The notes: generated by a model from the sequence alone, not told the origin. Numbered from the stretch's first letter, positions 1 through 10,025 are shown. The stretch: DNA of 64,000 nt from Desulfobaccales bacterium (GCA_052147455.1 JBKQKO010000098.1:42236-106235); one strand, 5' to 3'. Numbers and translations are program-made.

Positions 1-66
1 CTCCCCCTGCCCTCTCCCCCCAATGCGGGGAGAAGGAAAAAGCTTGTAAATTCAATGAAATGATTA

Positions 67-294
67 ACTAGTGGGCCTGCCTGGTGTTGTGCTTCGTAAA
101 TAGTATGTGGCATTAAATCAAATGAAAACCCAAGTTCCAAGGGTAGTAAAGTCCCCCTTTGGAAAAGGGGGATTTAGGGGGATTTCATGAGGTTATTTTA
201 AATCCCCCCTGCCCCCTTTTTCCAAAGGGGGGTTAAAAAACCCTGGTTTGAAATATCCTAGCATTTATGAAGCATCACACTAGTGGGCCTGCCT
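67..294. repeat. MITE-like repeat structure: a 16-nt direct repeat ACTAGTGGGCCTGCCT (67-82 and 279-294) brackets an imperfect ~33-nt inverted repeat (153-185 and 200-232, CCCCTTTGGAAAAGGGGGATTT-type arms)
   Basis: Direct and inverted repeats read directly in the sequence. The region is AT-rich, non-coding and lies downstream of lon. Confidence 0.5.
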
Positions 295-318
295 AAGTTC
301 AAAAAGATCTTTGGTTTT

Positions 319-339
319 GGTGGGCAGTGCCCATCCTAC
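319..339. repeat. Palindromic REP-like motif GGTGGGCAGTGCCCA(TCCTAC)
   Basis: Same palindromic core as the copies at 26615, 28788 and 28823. Confidence 0.5.
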
Positions 340-399
340 CTGCCTCGCAGCAGAAATCTTTCCGGAAAGGATTGCCTTGCCTCGATTATCGTAATTGTT

Positions 400-2811
400 T
401 CAATTGGTTTTACGTTTTCTGCCTCCTGACCCTGCATCTCCAACCTCTGGCCCCGGGAAGGCGATCTCCAGGGCCTGGTCCAGGCGCTCCACCGGGTGGA
501 AGCTGAGCTCCTGGCGCACCGAGGCTGGGATCTCCTCCAGGTCCACCTGGTTCTGGGCCGGCAGGATGATTTCCCGGATGCCCGCCCGATGGGCCGCCAG
601 CACTTTGTTCTTGATGCCGCCCACCGGCAGGACGTGACCCCGCAGGGTGATCTCCCCGGTCATGGCCAGGTCCTTCTTAAGGGGCCGCGCCGAGAGCAGC
701 GAGACCAGGGCGCAGAGCATGGCCAATCCGGCGGAAGGCCCATCCTTGGGGATGGCCCCGGCGGGCACATGGATGTGTAGGTCAGATTTCTCGAAGAAGT
801 CCTCCTCGATGCCCAGGAAGGGGGCCCTAGCCCGGATATAAGAGAGCGCCGCGGTGGCCGACTCCTTCATGACCTCCCCCAACTGCCCGGTGAGTTTGAG
901 GTTGCCGCTGCCCGGCATCCGCAAGACCTCGATGAACAGGATATCGCCGCCGGTGGGGGTCCAGGCCAGGCCGGTGGCCACTCCGGGCTCCGGATGGTCC
1001 AGGGCCGCTTCCCGGAAGAACTTGGGCGGCCCCAGATAGGCGGGGACCTCCCCTTCACTGATCGCCACGTTGCTGCGGCTACCCTCGGCGATCTCCCGGG
1101 CCGCACCCCGGCACAGGGCGGCGATCTCCCGCTCCAGGTTGCGCAGCCCCGCCTCCCGGGTGTAGGAGGCGATGACCGAACGGATGGCCATCGGGCTGAT
1201 CTCCAGTTGCGCCGCGGTCAAACCGTGGGCCTCCAACTGCCGGGGGATGAGGTGGGAAAAGGCGATGCCCAACTTCTCCTCCTCAGTGTAGCCCACCAAT
1301 TCCAGGACCTCCATGCGGTCCCGCAGCGGGGGAGGAATGGGGTCCAGCAGGTTGGCGGTGGTGATGAACATCACTTTGGAGAGATCAAAACCCACGTCCA
1401 GGTAGTGGTCGGAGAAGGAGTTATTCTGTTCCGGGTCCAGCACCTCCAGGAGGGCTGACGATGGGTCGCCGCGAAAATCGGCGCCGATCTTGTCCACTTC
1501 ATCCAGAATGAAGACCGGGTTGTTGGAGCCGGCCCGGCGTATGCTCTGGATGATGCGGCCGGGCATGGCCCCCACGTAGGTGCGGCGGTGCCCCCGAATC
1601 TCGGCTTCGTCCCGTATCCCCCCCAGGGAGAGGCGCACGAACTTGCGCCCCAGGGAGCGGGCAATGGAGCGCCCCAGGGAGGTCTTGCCGGTCCCTGGCG
1701 GCCCCACGAAGCAGAGGATGGGACCCTTCATGTCCGGTTTCAGCCGGCGCACCGCCAGATATTCCAGGATGCGCTTCTTCACCTTCTCCAGGTCATAGTG
1801 GTCTTCATCCAGGATCTGCCTGGCCTGGGCCAGGTCCAGATTGTCTTCGGTTGACTTGCTCCAGGGCAGTTCGATCATCCACTCCAGATAATTGCGGATC
1901 ACCTGGTGCTCGGGGGAGGTGGGCGGGGTCCGCTTCAGCCGGGTCAGTTCCCGCTCCGCCTCCTTCATGGCGTGGGGCGGGAGCCACGCCTCTTCCAGGC
2001 GCAACTGGAGATCTTCGATCTCCTGGCCCTTGTCTTCCCCTTCCCCCAACTCTTTTTGCAGGACCTTAATATGCTCCCGGAGATAATACTCCTTTTGAGC
2101 CTTGTCCATCTCCACCTTTACCTGGGCCTGGATCTGTTTTCCCAGTTCCAGGATCTCCAGTTCCCGGTTAATCAGACTCAGCACCCGGCGCAGGCGCTCC
2201 TTGACCTCAAGAGTCTCCAGCAGTTCCTGTTTTTCGGCCTTGGAGATATTGAGGCTGCCGGCGGTGATGTCCGCCAGGAGCCGGGGGTCGCCCAACTCCC
2301 GGACCAGGGTACCCAGTTCCGCCGGCAGGTAGGGGGAGAGCTCCAGCATCTTCAAAAAGAGGCCCTTGACGTTGGAGACCAGGGCCTCCACCTCCAGGTC
2401 GGGTTCGTATTCCTCCGAGATGGGGATTATCCGGGCGGTGAGGTAAGGTTCAAAGCCCACCCATTCCTCCACCCGAAAGCGGTACAGCCCCTGGACCAGC
2501 AGGCGGAGGGCGTCGTCCTCGGATTTCCGCATCTTCAAGATAGCCGCGGCGGTGCCCAGCCGGGGGAGGTCCTCCGGGCCAAAGCCCTCGGCCTTTTCTC
2601 CCAGGCCAGCCATAATTCCGATGATCTTGTCCTGAAGGAGGGCTTCCTGCACCAGCTTTTGGGACGGCTCGTCCCACAGGATCAGGGGCAGGATCATCCG
2701 GGGAAAAAGCACCATCTCGGGCGTCGGGAGGATGGACAGCACCCGGGGGCTGGGGTGGATTTCCTGGTCCCCCAGCAGCGGGGCTTGGATTTCTTGTTCT
2801 TCGCGGGCCAT
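400..2811 (-). CDS. lon: ATP-dependent Lon protease (La)
   Basis: 803 aa. N-terminal LON substrate-binding domain, Walker [10 protein letters not shown], and a C-terminal Ser-Lys protease domain (DGPSAG, LPVGGIK). Confidence 0.95.
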   Translation of the reverse strand: MAREEQEIQAPLLGDQEIHPSPRVLSILPTPEMVLFPRMILPLILWDEPSQKLVQEALLQDKIIGIMAGLGEKAEGFGPEDLPRLGTAAAILKMRKSEDDALRLLVQGLYRFRVEEWVGFEPYLTARIIPISEEYEPDLEVEALVSNVKGLFLKMLELSPYLPAELGTLVRELGDPRLLADITAGSLNISKAEKQELLETLEVKERLRRVLSLINRELEILELGKQIQAQVKVEMDKAQKEYYLREHIKVLQKELGEGEDKGQEIEDLQLRLEEAWLPPHAMKEAERELTRLKRTPPTSPEHQVIRNYLEWMIELPWSKSTEDNLDLAQARQILDEDHYDLEKVKKRILEYLAVRRLKPDMKGPILCFVGPPGTGKTSLGRSIARSLGRKFVRLSLGGIRDEAEIRGHRRTYVGAMPGRIIQSIRRAGSNNPVFILDEVDKIGADFRGDPSSALLEVLDPEQNNSFSDHYLDVGFDLSKVMFITTANLLDPIPPPLRDRMEVLELVGYTEEEKLGIAFSHLIPRQLEAHGLTAAQLEISPMAIRSVIASYTREAGLRNLEREIAALCRGAAREIAEGSRSNVAISEGEVPAYLGPPKFFREAALDHPEPGVATGLAWTPTGGDILFIEVLRMPGSGNLKLTGQLGEVMKESATAALSYIRARAPFLGIEEDFFEKSDLHIHVPAGAIPKDGPSAGLAMLCALVSLLSARPLKKDLAMTGEITLRGHVLPVGGIKNKVLAAHRAGIREIILPAQNQVDLEEIPASVRQELSFHPVERLDQALEIAFPGPEVGDAGSGGRKRKTN

Positions 2812-2827
2812 GGGGCCTCCGTATTTA

Positions 2828-3268
2828 TTATTCCGGGTCTGCCTGTTTCACCGGAATCTTTCGAATCTGTGGGGCCTTCCGGGGCAGGTGGACCTCCAGG
2901 ATGCCATCCCGATAGTGGGCCCGGACGCCCTCAAGGTCAACGGGGATGGGCAGAAGGAAGCAGCGCTCGAAGGCGCCGAAGCCCATCTCCAGGTGGATAA
3001 AGCGCCGGATGCCCTCCGGCGGCGGCGGTTGGCGCCCGCCGGCGACCACCAATTCCTGGCCGGTCAAAGAGAGGCAAAGGCTTTCGGGCTTAATTCCGGC
3101 CACCTCCAGGCGCAGCAGCAGGCCCTGGGCGGTTTCATAGAAATCCGCCGCGGGGCGGAAGTGGAGGTGCGGCCGGGTGAACCCCAACCAGGCATCCGGT
3201 TGGCAACGCCAGTGCTCCTCCATTTGCTCAAAGTCGCGGATAATCCTGATCTTGATGAGGCGGTGCAT
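2828..3268 (-). CDS. Hsp20/alpha-crystallin small heat-shock protein
   Basis: 146 aa alpha-crystallin-domain pattern (ADFYETAQGLLLRLEVAGI ... AHYRDGILEVHLPRK). Its stop lies 16 nt upstream of the lon start, so the two are probably an operon. Confidence 0.85.
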   Translation of the reverse strand: MHRLIKIRIIRDFEQMEEHWRCQPDAWLGFTRPHLHFRPAADFYETAQGLLLRLEVAGIKPESLCLSLTGQELVVAGGRQPPPPEGIRRFIHLEMGFGAFERCFLLPIPVDLEGVRAHYRDGILEVHLPRKAPQIRKIPVKQADPE

Positions 3269-3463
3269 CGCTCTCCCTCGGCAAGGTCCTTTTATTCATT
3301 GTAGTAACTCTTTTGGAAAATTCCAGGCCTTCCCGGCTTCTTTCAGCGGGGGCAGGAAAATTCTTTATCCTGGACTGGCTGCCCGACTGCCCGGGCTCAC
3401 CCCGGTAACCCTCATCATCTCTGCTCCTTGACCGGCAGGGGAAATCCTGATAGCTTCCCAGGC

Positions 3464-4435
3464 ATGCAGCCGGAGGTATTCTGCCTGGGAGCCATCAATC
3501 TCGATCTGACCTTCCGGGTTGACGACCTGGCCGGCCTCCTTAAACGTTGGGGCACTGGACTGGTCCGGGGTGGGGAGGAAGCGCTGTCCCGGGCGGAGGA
3601 GCACCGGCTCCGAGAGTTGCTGGCCCGCTTTGCCCGGCCGGCCGGGCGCGGCGGAGGCGGACAGGCGGCCAACACCGCCTATGCCCTGGGCCGCCTGGGA
3701 ATTCCAGTGGCCCTGGCGGGGCGATTGGGAGCCGATGCGGACGGCTCTTTTCTGAAAGATAGTCTGCAGGGCGTCAATCTCGAGCACGTGGTGGAGCAAG
3801 GCGACAGCGGCCGAGCCTACATCCTGGTGGACCCGGAGGGCGAGCGCACCATCCTGGTGGCCCCCAACACCAATGACCAGCTGGAGGAGAAAGATCTGCC
3901 CCGGGAGGCCTTGCAGGAGGCCAGATTTCTCCACCTCACCTCTTTTGTAGGCGACGCTCCCTTGAAGCTGCAGCGGCTAATGGCCATGAACCTTCAGGAT
4001 GGTCCGCGCCTCACCCTGGACCCGGGTGAACTTTACGCCCGCCGGGGCCGGACCGCCCTGGAGGAGTTGCTGGATCGGGTGGAAACCCTGCTGGTGACCG
4101 AGGCGGAGTGGGCCCTCCTGGGGGGTGAGCTTGAGCGGCATCCCGTTTGGGCCCCGCCCGTCGTTCTCATCAAACGTGGTCCCCGGGGCGCCAGGCTCCT
4201 CACCCCAGTGCGCTATCTGGATATCCCGGCGCAATTTGAGGGGCGTCCGGGGGACACCCTGGGGGCCGGGGACGTCTTCGCCGCCGGCTACCTGGCCGGC
4301 CTCCTTATCGGCCTTAATCTGCCCCAGGCAGCGCGCCTGGCGGAGGCGGCCGCGGCTTACAAGTTGGGCGCCCCCGGACGACAGGGCTACCCGGACCGGG
4401 AGGTTATGGAAAGGATCATCGCCCGGTTGAGATAA
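3464..4435 (+). CDS. PfkB-family carbohydrate kinase (ribokinase-like)
   Basis: Motifs LGAINLDL, GGGQAANTA and the C-terminal DTLGAGDVFAAGYL signature. The ATG at 3464 is preferred over the TTG at 3428. Confidence 0.8.
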   Translation: MQPEVFCLGAINLDLTFRVDDLAGLLKRWGTGLVRGGEEALSRAEEHRLRELLARFARPAGRGGGGQAANTAYALGRLGIPVALAGRLGADADGSFLKDSLQGVNLEHVVEQGDSGRAYILVDPEGERTILVAPNTNDQLEEKDLPREALQEARFLHLTSFVGDAPLKLQRLMAMNLQDGPRLTLDPGELYARRGRTALEELLDRVETLLVTEAEWALLGGELERHPVWAPPVVLIKRGPRGARLLTPVRYLDIPAQFEGRPGDTLGAGDVFAAGYLAGLLIGLNLPQAARLAEAAAAYKLGAPGRQGYPDREVMERIIARLR

Positions 4436-4562
4436 GCATTGTTCTTGAGATAGGCAGGTTCTGCCAGGAGGTTAGGGGCGGCCCGCGGCACCGGCCTCAA
4501 GCCCGCGCCACTGCCGCCCCCGGGGGGGTCGCTTCCTTTCCCCTTAAGCCAAAGGAGAAGAG

Positions 4563-5654
4563 ATGCTCCAGATTCAATTGCACACGGGCTGCGAAGGACC
4601 GCTGGCCCTCAATGACAATGCCTTCGAACTCTGCCGGGAGTTTCTCCCGCCCTTGGGTGACCGGTTTTTTACCCAGTTGAGCCGTTATGGCGATTACCTG
4701 GCGGACATCGCCAAACCACCGGGGTACCAGGCCGGGGACACCCTGAAGCTCATCGGCCCGTTTCTCAAGGCTCGCGGCCTCAGCAACGCCGCGATTCGGG
4801 AGTTCTCCGCCGGGAACCTGGGGCTGATGCCCGGCGCCGAGGAGACTTACCGCTTCTTGCACGGATTCGGCTTTCCCATCTTCGAGATCAGCACCAGCTA
4901 CCGCCAGTTTGCCGAGGCGGTGGGAGGCAGGCTGGGGTTTGACCCGGAGCACATCTTGGGCACCGAACTGGACCTGGATCGCTACCCGCTGGGCCCCGGG
5001 GAAACCGCGGAGTTGCGCCGTCTGGAAGAGGAGATCATGGGGACCCCGGCCATCGAGTTGCCCCCGGGAGCCGCCTCGCTCCCGGAGCTGCCCGCCCCGG
5101 TCCAGGAGGCCATCGGCCGCCTGGAGCAAATCTTCCGGGAACGCCTGCCCCGGTTGGAGATCAGCGCCATCTATCGGGAGATCTCGCCGCTGGGCGGGGC
5201 GGAAAAGGCCAGAAGCGTGGCCGACAGCCTGGTCAGAACCGGCTTAAGGCTGGAGGACACCATCTACGTCGGGGACGGCATCACCGACGTGCAAGCCTTC
5301 CAGGAGGTGCAGGGCGGCGGCGGCCTGGCCATCTCCTTCAATGGCAACCGCTACGCCCTGAACGCCGCCGAAGTGGCGGTAGTGTCGGACAGCGCCTGGC
5401 CCATCGGGCTGCTGACTGCCATCTTTCGCCTCTGGGGCAAAGAAGGCGTGCTGGAAGTGGCCTCCCCGGAGCGCCGGGGAAAATCCCGGGCGCTGGTGCT
5501 GCCGGAGGAGATGATTGAACCCATCGCCCTGGGACTCCAGGGCCGCCGCTTCAATCTCTATCTGACCCAAGGCCCCGACCTGGAGCGGCTGGCCCAGGAG
5601 AGCGAAGCCATGCGGGCCAGCCTCCGGAGTGAAGCCATCGCCGCCCTCGGGTGA
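4563..5654 (+). CDS. HAD-superfamily protein resembling energy-converting hydrogenase A subunit R (EhaR-like)
   Basis: The N-terminus CEGPLALNDNAFEL...GDRFF...SRYGDYLADI matches my memory of the EhaR family signature. HAD motif YVGDGITDVQAF. A good RBS AAAGGAG lies upstream of the ATG. Confidence 0.55.
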   Translation: MLQIQLHTGCEGPLALNDNAFELCREFLPPLGDRFFTQLSRYGDYLADIAKPPGYQAGDTLKLIGPFLKARGLSNAAIREFSAGNLGLMPGAEETYRFLHGFGFPIFEISTSYRQFAEAVGGRLGFDPEHILGTELDLDRYPLGPGETAELRRLEEEIMGTPAIELPPGAASLPELPAPVQEAIGRLEQIFRERLPRLEISAIYREISPLGGAEKARSVADSLVRTGLRLEDTIYVGDGITDVQAFQEVQGGGGLAISFNGNRYALNAAEVAVVSDSAWPIGLLTAIFRLWGKEGVLEVASPERRGKSRALVLPEEMIEPIALGLQGRRFNLYLTQGPDLERLAQESEAMRASLRSEAIAALG

Positions 5655-5706
5655 GGGGCCGAGTTTTAGACAAAGGCAGCCAAGCCTGGCTGATAATCTT
5701 AAGCCT

Positions 5707-7467
5707 ATGCATGATCTCGGAGATGCTCATCAGAGTTATTCTTTTGGGGGCAGGATTCTCGGCGCCAGGGGAGCCATCGCCGCGGAGCATTACCTTTCGG
5801 CCCAGGCGGGCATGGACCTTCTGAAGGCCGGGGGCAATGCCTTTGATGCCGCGGTAGCCGCCGTCCTGGTGGAAGCGGTGGTTAATCCCCACATGTTCAC
5901 CCTGGGGGGCGAATGTCCAATGCTCCTTTATGTGGCCGCGGAGGACCGGGCCGTGGCCGTCAACGGCAATACCAAGGCCCCGGCCAAGGCAACCCTTAAG
6001 GCCTATGGGGATCGAGGCCTGGACCTCATCCCGCCCATGGGGGTCCTGGCCGCCGGGGTCCCGGCCGCGGTCAGCGCCCTCCTGGAGGTCCTGAAAAGGT
6101 ACGGTTCCCTGCCTTTGGAGGACATCGTGGAGCCCGCCTATGTCCTGGCGCGGGAGGGGTTCCCGTTGCACGAAGGCCTGGTCAACCTGCCGGGATTCGG
6201 CCTGCAGGACAATCGCCGGCGGTTTGCCCGGGAGTGGCCGGGGTCGGCGTCGATTTATTTGCGGGGGGACGACCCAGGGCCGCAAGTGGGGCAGATATTG
6301 GTCAACGCTCCCCTGGCCGGGGTGCTGGGGGCGTTTAAGGCAGCCGCCCGGGCCAAAGGTCAACGGGTTGCAGGGCTTAACGCCGCCCTGGATCTGTTCT
6401 ACCGGGGTGAGGCGGCGGAGGCCATGGCCGCATTTGTCCAAGAGCGGGACGGCCTGCTGGAATTTTCGGACTTCGCCTCCTTTGGCACCCGTTTTGAGGA
6501 TCCCGTCCGGGCGGACTTCAGGGATCACACCGTCTGCAAGTGCGGCCCCTGGTCCCAAGGTCCGGTCTTTTTGCAACTCTTACGGCTCCTGGACGGCTTT
6601 GACCTGGCGGCTCTCGGCCACAACTCACCCGACTATCTTCACCTGTGGGTGGAGGCCGCCAAGCTGGCCTACGCGGACCGCGAGCAGTATTACGGCGACC
6701 CGGAGCAGGTTGCGGTGCCCTTGGAGGAGCTCTTAAGCGAAAGGTATAATGCCCTCCGCCGCCAGCTTATCGATGGTCAGCGGGCCGATCTTGAGCTGCG
6801 CCCCGGAGACCCACGGCTCCACGGGGCCTTGCTGCCCAAGACCGAAGTCCGGCAAGCCAAGGACTGGGGGCATGGGACCGTGCACGTGGCGGTGGCGGAC
6901 AAGCATGGCAATATGGCGGCCCTCACCCCCAGCGGCGGCTGGATTTCGGGCAACGAAGTGATACCTTCGCTGGGGTTTCCGCTGGGGACCCGAATGCAGA
7001 CCTTCCACTTAGTGGAGGGCCACCCCAACGTGGTGGCGCCGGGCAAGCGGCCCCGGACCACCCTGAGTCCCTCCCTGGCCTGGCAGCGGGGCCGGCCCTG
7101 GATGGCCTTCGGCACCATGGGCGGGGATCAACAGGACCAGTGGACCAGCCAATTTTTTTTGAACCGGGTGGTGTTCGGCATGTCCTTGCAGGCAGCCATC
7201 GAGGCCCCCAAGATTACCTGCGACCACGTTCCCGGCACCTTTTACCCCCATGCGGCCGCGCCCGGCCAGGTGCGGCTGGAGGGGCGGGTTGCCCGGGAAA
7301 CCGGCGAAGAGCTTAGCCGGCGCGGCCACCAGGTCTTATGGGCGCCGGATTGGTCGGCGGGCTATATCTGCGCGGTGGCCAGCAACGATAACCGGGTACT
7401 GGAGGCGGGGGCGGACCCGAGGGGCAATAAATCTCCGGCGTTCCCGGCTACGGCGCTGGCGTGGTAG
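5707..7467 (+). CDS. Gamma-glutamyltransferase-family protein with no obvious signal peptide
   Basis: GGT family pattern (GGNAFDAAVA, autoprocessing-site region HGTVHVAVADKHGN, TMGGDQQ). The start is uncertain (GTG 5629 or ATG 5707). Confidence 0.8.
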   Translation: MHDLGDAHQSYSFGGRILGARGAIAAEHYLSAQAGMDLLKAGGNAFDAAVAAVLVEAVVNPHMFTLGGECPMLLYVAAEDRAVAVNGNTKAPAKATLKAYGDRGLDLIPPMGVLAAGVPAAVSALLEVLKRYGSLPLEDIVEPAYVLAREGFPLHEGLVNLPGFGLQDNRRRFAREWPGSASIYLRGDDPGPQVGQILVNAPLAGVLGAFKAAARAKGQRVAGLNAALDLFYRGEAAEAMAAFVQERDGLLEFSDFASFGTRFEDPVRADFRDHTVCKCGPWSQGPVFLQLLRLLDGFDLAALGHNSPDYLHLWVEAAKLAYADREQYYGDPEQVAVPLEELLSERYNALRRQLIDGQRADLELRPGDPRLHGALLPKTEVRQAKDWGHGTVHVAVADKHGNMAALTPSGGWISGNEVIPSLGFPLGTRMQTFHLVEGHPNVVAPGKRPRTTLSPSLAWQRGRPWMAFGTMGGDQQDQWTSQFFLNRVVFGMSLQAAIEAPKITCDHVPGTFYPHAAAPGQVRLEGRVARETGEELSRRGHQVLWAPDWSAGYICAVASNDNRVLEAGADPRGNKSPAFPATALAW

Positions 7468-7501
7468 CCCGGGCGGACCAGGTTTTTACCAGGGAGACGC
7501 C

Positions 7502-7663
7502 ATGGACGCTCATCAAATCAAGTATCGGGGAAAACTGGCGGGACACCTGAGCAAGCAATTGACCAAGAGAAGGATGGCGGCCAGCTTCGCGCCCACCGCG
7601 GCCCAGGCCCGGGAAGCAATCATGGCCCTGAACGAAAACGGCAGGACAAGCTGCAGGCATTAA
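7502..7663 (+). pseudogene. Possible truncated N-terminal remnant of a LUD/YkgG-type (lactate-utilisation-domain) gene
   Basis: A 53-aa ORF (KLAGHLSKQLTKRRMAASFAPTAAQAREAIMALNENG) resembles LUD-domain N-termini, which normally belong to ~200 aa proteins. It ends prematurely, and the downstream sequence looks frame-shifted. Confidence 0.3.
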
Positions 7664-7749
7664 CCTCCGCAGGGATAACCTTGCAGCTTGACGAGCGGCG
7701 TTCGGTAAGGATTGTGCTGAAGAATTATCGGGAACCGCAGAAAATTTTC

Positions 7750-7782
7750 TTGACAAAGGGGAGAGGCAGATAGTAAAAATTG
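7750..7782 (+). promoter_or_regulatory. Candidate sigma70-type promoter upstream of the CDC48-like gene
   Basis: TTGACA at 7750-7755 is followed by an A/T-rich TAGTAAAAAT block 15-19 nt downstream. The spacing is ambiguous. Confidence 0.25.
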
Positions 7783-7897
7783 GTCGGACCATATGATGAT
7801 TAGACGAGCAGACGGCTTTCTCATCTAATCTCGCATTGCCTGGTGGCCCACACAGTATAAAGTCAATTATTCCACACCATTAGGTTAAGAAAGTATT

Positions 7898-10024
7898 GTG
7901 GTTCTGGAATTAAAAGTCAGCGAAGCTTTGACCGATGATGTCGGCAAGGGTTGGGCTCGCCTGAACCCTGAAGATATCCAGGCCCTGGGCGCCGTCCTGG
8001 GAGATCTCATTGAAATCGCCGGCAAAAAAAAGACGGCAGGCCGGGTCACCGGGGCCCTGGGCCAGGACCACGAAAAACAGAACCTCCAAATCGACGGGCT
8101 GATCCGGGCCAATGCCCAGGTCAAAGTGGGCGACACGGTCCGGATCAGGAAGGTTACCCGCCAAACCGCCACCACCATTATCCTCTATTTCTTGGAGCCC
8201 AATTGCCCCCTGCCCCAGGAAGCCGAACTGGAACATTTCGGCAAGGTGCTCCAGGGATACCCGGTGTTTCTAGGCGACCAGATCAACATCCCCCTTTTCG
8301 GCGGCCGGGACCGTTTCTTCCGGGTAGAGGCGACCTCGCCTTCCGGCCCGGTGATCATCAACCCGCAGACCAATTTTGTTCTCCAGAAACCCGATTATCT
8401 GGTGAATAGCGCCGCCCAGGTCTCCTACGAAGACATCGGCGGCCTGGACAAAGAACTCCGGCTGGTGCGGGAGATGGTGGAACTTCCCCTGCGCTATGCC
8501 GAGATTTTTGAAAGACTGGGGATCGAAGTCCCCAAAGGCCTGCTCCTCTATGGCTCTCCCGGAACGGGCAAAACCCTGATTGCCAGGGCCATCGCCAGCG
8601 AGGTCAAACTCCATTTCATCAAGGTCAACGGTCCGGAGATTATCCATAAGTTCTACGGAGAAAGCGAGGCCAAGCTCCGGGAGATCTTTGAGGAGGCCGC
8701 CAGCCAGGCCCCCAGCGTAATTTTTATCGATGAGATCGACGCCATCGCCCCGAAACGGGCTGACGTGCTGGGGGACGTGGAAAAACGGGTGGTGGCCCAA
8801 CTGCTCGCCCTCATGGACGGCATGGTCCCCAGGGGCCACGTGGTGGTGATCGGGGCGACCAACATTCCGGAGAGGATGGATCCGGCCCTGCGGCGGCCCG
8901 GCCGTTTTGACCGGGAAATCACCATCCCGGTGCCCAACGCCGAGGGACGCCGGGCGATCTTGAAGATCCACAGCCGGCGCATGCCGCTGGCCCCGGATGT
9001 CAACCTGGAACGTCTGGCCCAGGTCACCCATGGTTTTGTCGGAGCGGACCTGCAGGCTCTCTGCAAGGAAGCGGGCATGGTGGCGTTCCGCCGATATCTT
9101 CAGGTTCTCGGGGGCGGGAATCCCGAGGCCTTCCTGAATACGTCGGAAAATCTGCAGATCACCTCGGAAGACTTCCTTACGGCCCTGCGGGAAATCGAAC
9201 CCTCGGCCACCCGGGAGTTTTTTACGGAAAGGCCGACGGTCAGATGGGAGGACGTGGGGGGACTGAAGGAGATCAAGGCGGCCCTCATTTCCGTGGTGGA
9301 TTGGCCCCATAGATATCCGGAGCTGTTCGACGCAGCGCGGCTGTCGCCTTCCCGGGGGATTTTGTTTACCGGACCCTCCGGCACCGGCAAGACCCTCATG
9401 GCCAAGGCCCTGGCCAACAAAACCGGTTTGAATTTCATTGCCATCAGCGCTCCCATCCTGTTCTCCAAATGGTTGGGGGAATCGGAAAAGGCCCTGCACG
9501 AAATCTTCAAAAAAGCCAAACAATCCGCGCCGTGTATCCTGTTTTTCGATGAGATCGATGCCCTGGTGGCCCGGCGGGGCGCGAGCAGCGAAGTGGGAGG
9601 GGGCGCCCCGGAGCGGGTGGCCAGCCAGTTCTTCAACGAACTGGATACGCTCAGCGACCTCTCGGAGGTCATCATTTTGGGAGCCACCAACCGCCAGGAC
9701 CTGCTGGACCCGTCTTTGATGCGGGCGGGCCGGCTGGATTTTGTGCTGCCCTTCCCGGTGCCTGACGAGGCCGCCCGGATTGAGATCCTTAAGATACATA
9801 CCAAAGATAGGCCCTTGAGCGCTGAGGTGGACCTGCAGGAACTGGCCGGAGAAACCGCAGGCATGGCCGGTTCAGACCTGGCGTATATCTGCAAGAGAGC
9901 GGCCATCCTGGCAATCGGGGATGTGATCAGTTTGCCGGGAGAGAGCCGGGGTACGGAGCTCTCAATGTCGGTGGGTCATTTTAGGACAGCCATCAGCGAG
10001 GTCCAAAGGACGAGGGAACCATGA
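7898..10024 (+). CDS. CDC48/VCP/p97-type AAA+ ATPase (N domain plus D1 and D2 AAA modules)
   Basis: 708 aa. The N-terminus resembles a CDC48 double-psi-barrel domain (LKVSEALTDDVGKGWARLNPEDIQALG..GDLIEI). Two Walker A motifs (GSPGTGKTL, GPSGTGKTL), two Walker B motifs (IFIDEIDA, LFFDEIDA) and SRH regions. GTG start. Confidence 0.9.
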   Translation: MVLELKVSEALTDDVGKGWARLNPEDIQALGAVLGDLIEIAGKKKTAGRVTGALGQDHEKQNLQIDGLIRANAQVKVGDTVRIRKVTRQTATTIILYFLEPNCPLPQEAELEHFGKVLQGYPVFLGDQINIPLFGGRDRFFRVEATSPSGPVIINPQTNFVLQKPDYLVNSAAQVSYEDIGGLDKELRLVREMVELPLRYAEIFERLGIEVPKGLLLYGSPGTGKTLIARAIASEVKLHFIKVNGPEIIHKFYGESEAKLREIFEEAASQAPSVIFIDEIDAIAPKRADVLGDVEKRVVAQLLALMDGMVPRGHVVVIGATNIPERMDPALRRPGRFDREITIPVPNAEGRRAILKIHSRRMPLAPDVNLERLAQVTHGFVGADLQALCKEAGMVAFRRYLQVLGGGNPEAFLNTSENLQITSEDFLTALREIEPSATREFFTERPTVRWEDVGGLKEIKAALISVVDWPHRYPELFDAARLSPSRGILFTGPSGTGKTLMAKALANKTGLNFIAISAPILFSKWLGESEKALHEIFKKAKQSAPCILFFDEIDALVARRGASSEVGGGAPERVASQFFNELDTLSDLSEVIILGATNRQDLLDPSLMRAGRLDFVLPFPVPDEAARIEILKIHTKDRPLSAEVDLQELAGETAGMAGSDLAYICKRAAILAIGDVISLPGESRGTELSMSVGHFRTAISEVQRTREP

Positions 10025-10025
10025 G

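Noticed and set aside
1906-3000. Long plus-strand ORF (364 aa) antisense to lon and hsp20
   Set aside because: It is a typical shadow ORF of GC-rich DNA. Its composition is low-complexity and rich in Gly, Pro, Arg and Leu, and no motif is present. The opposite strand encodes unmistakable Lon and Hsp20 proteins.
8270-9799. 509-aa minus-strand ORF (and 9100-9906) antisense to the CDC48-like gene
   Set aside because: Shadow ORFs with no recognisable domains. The plus-strand frame carries two complete AAA+ modules.
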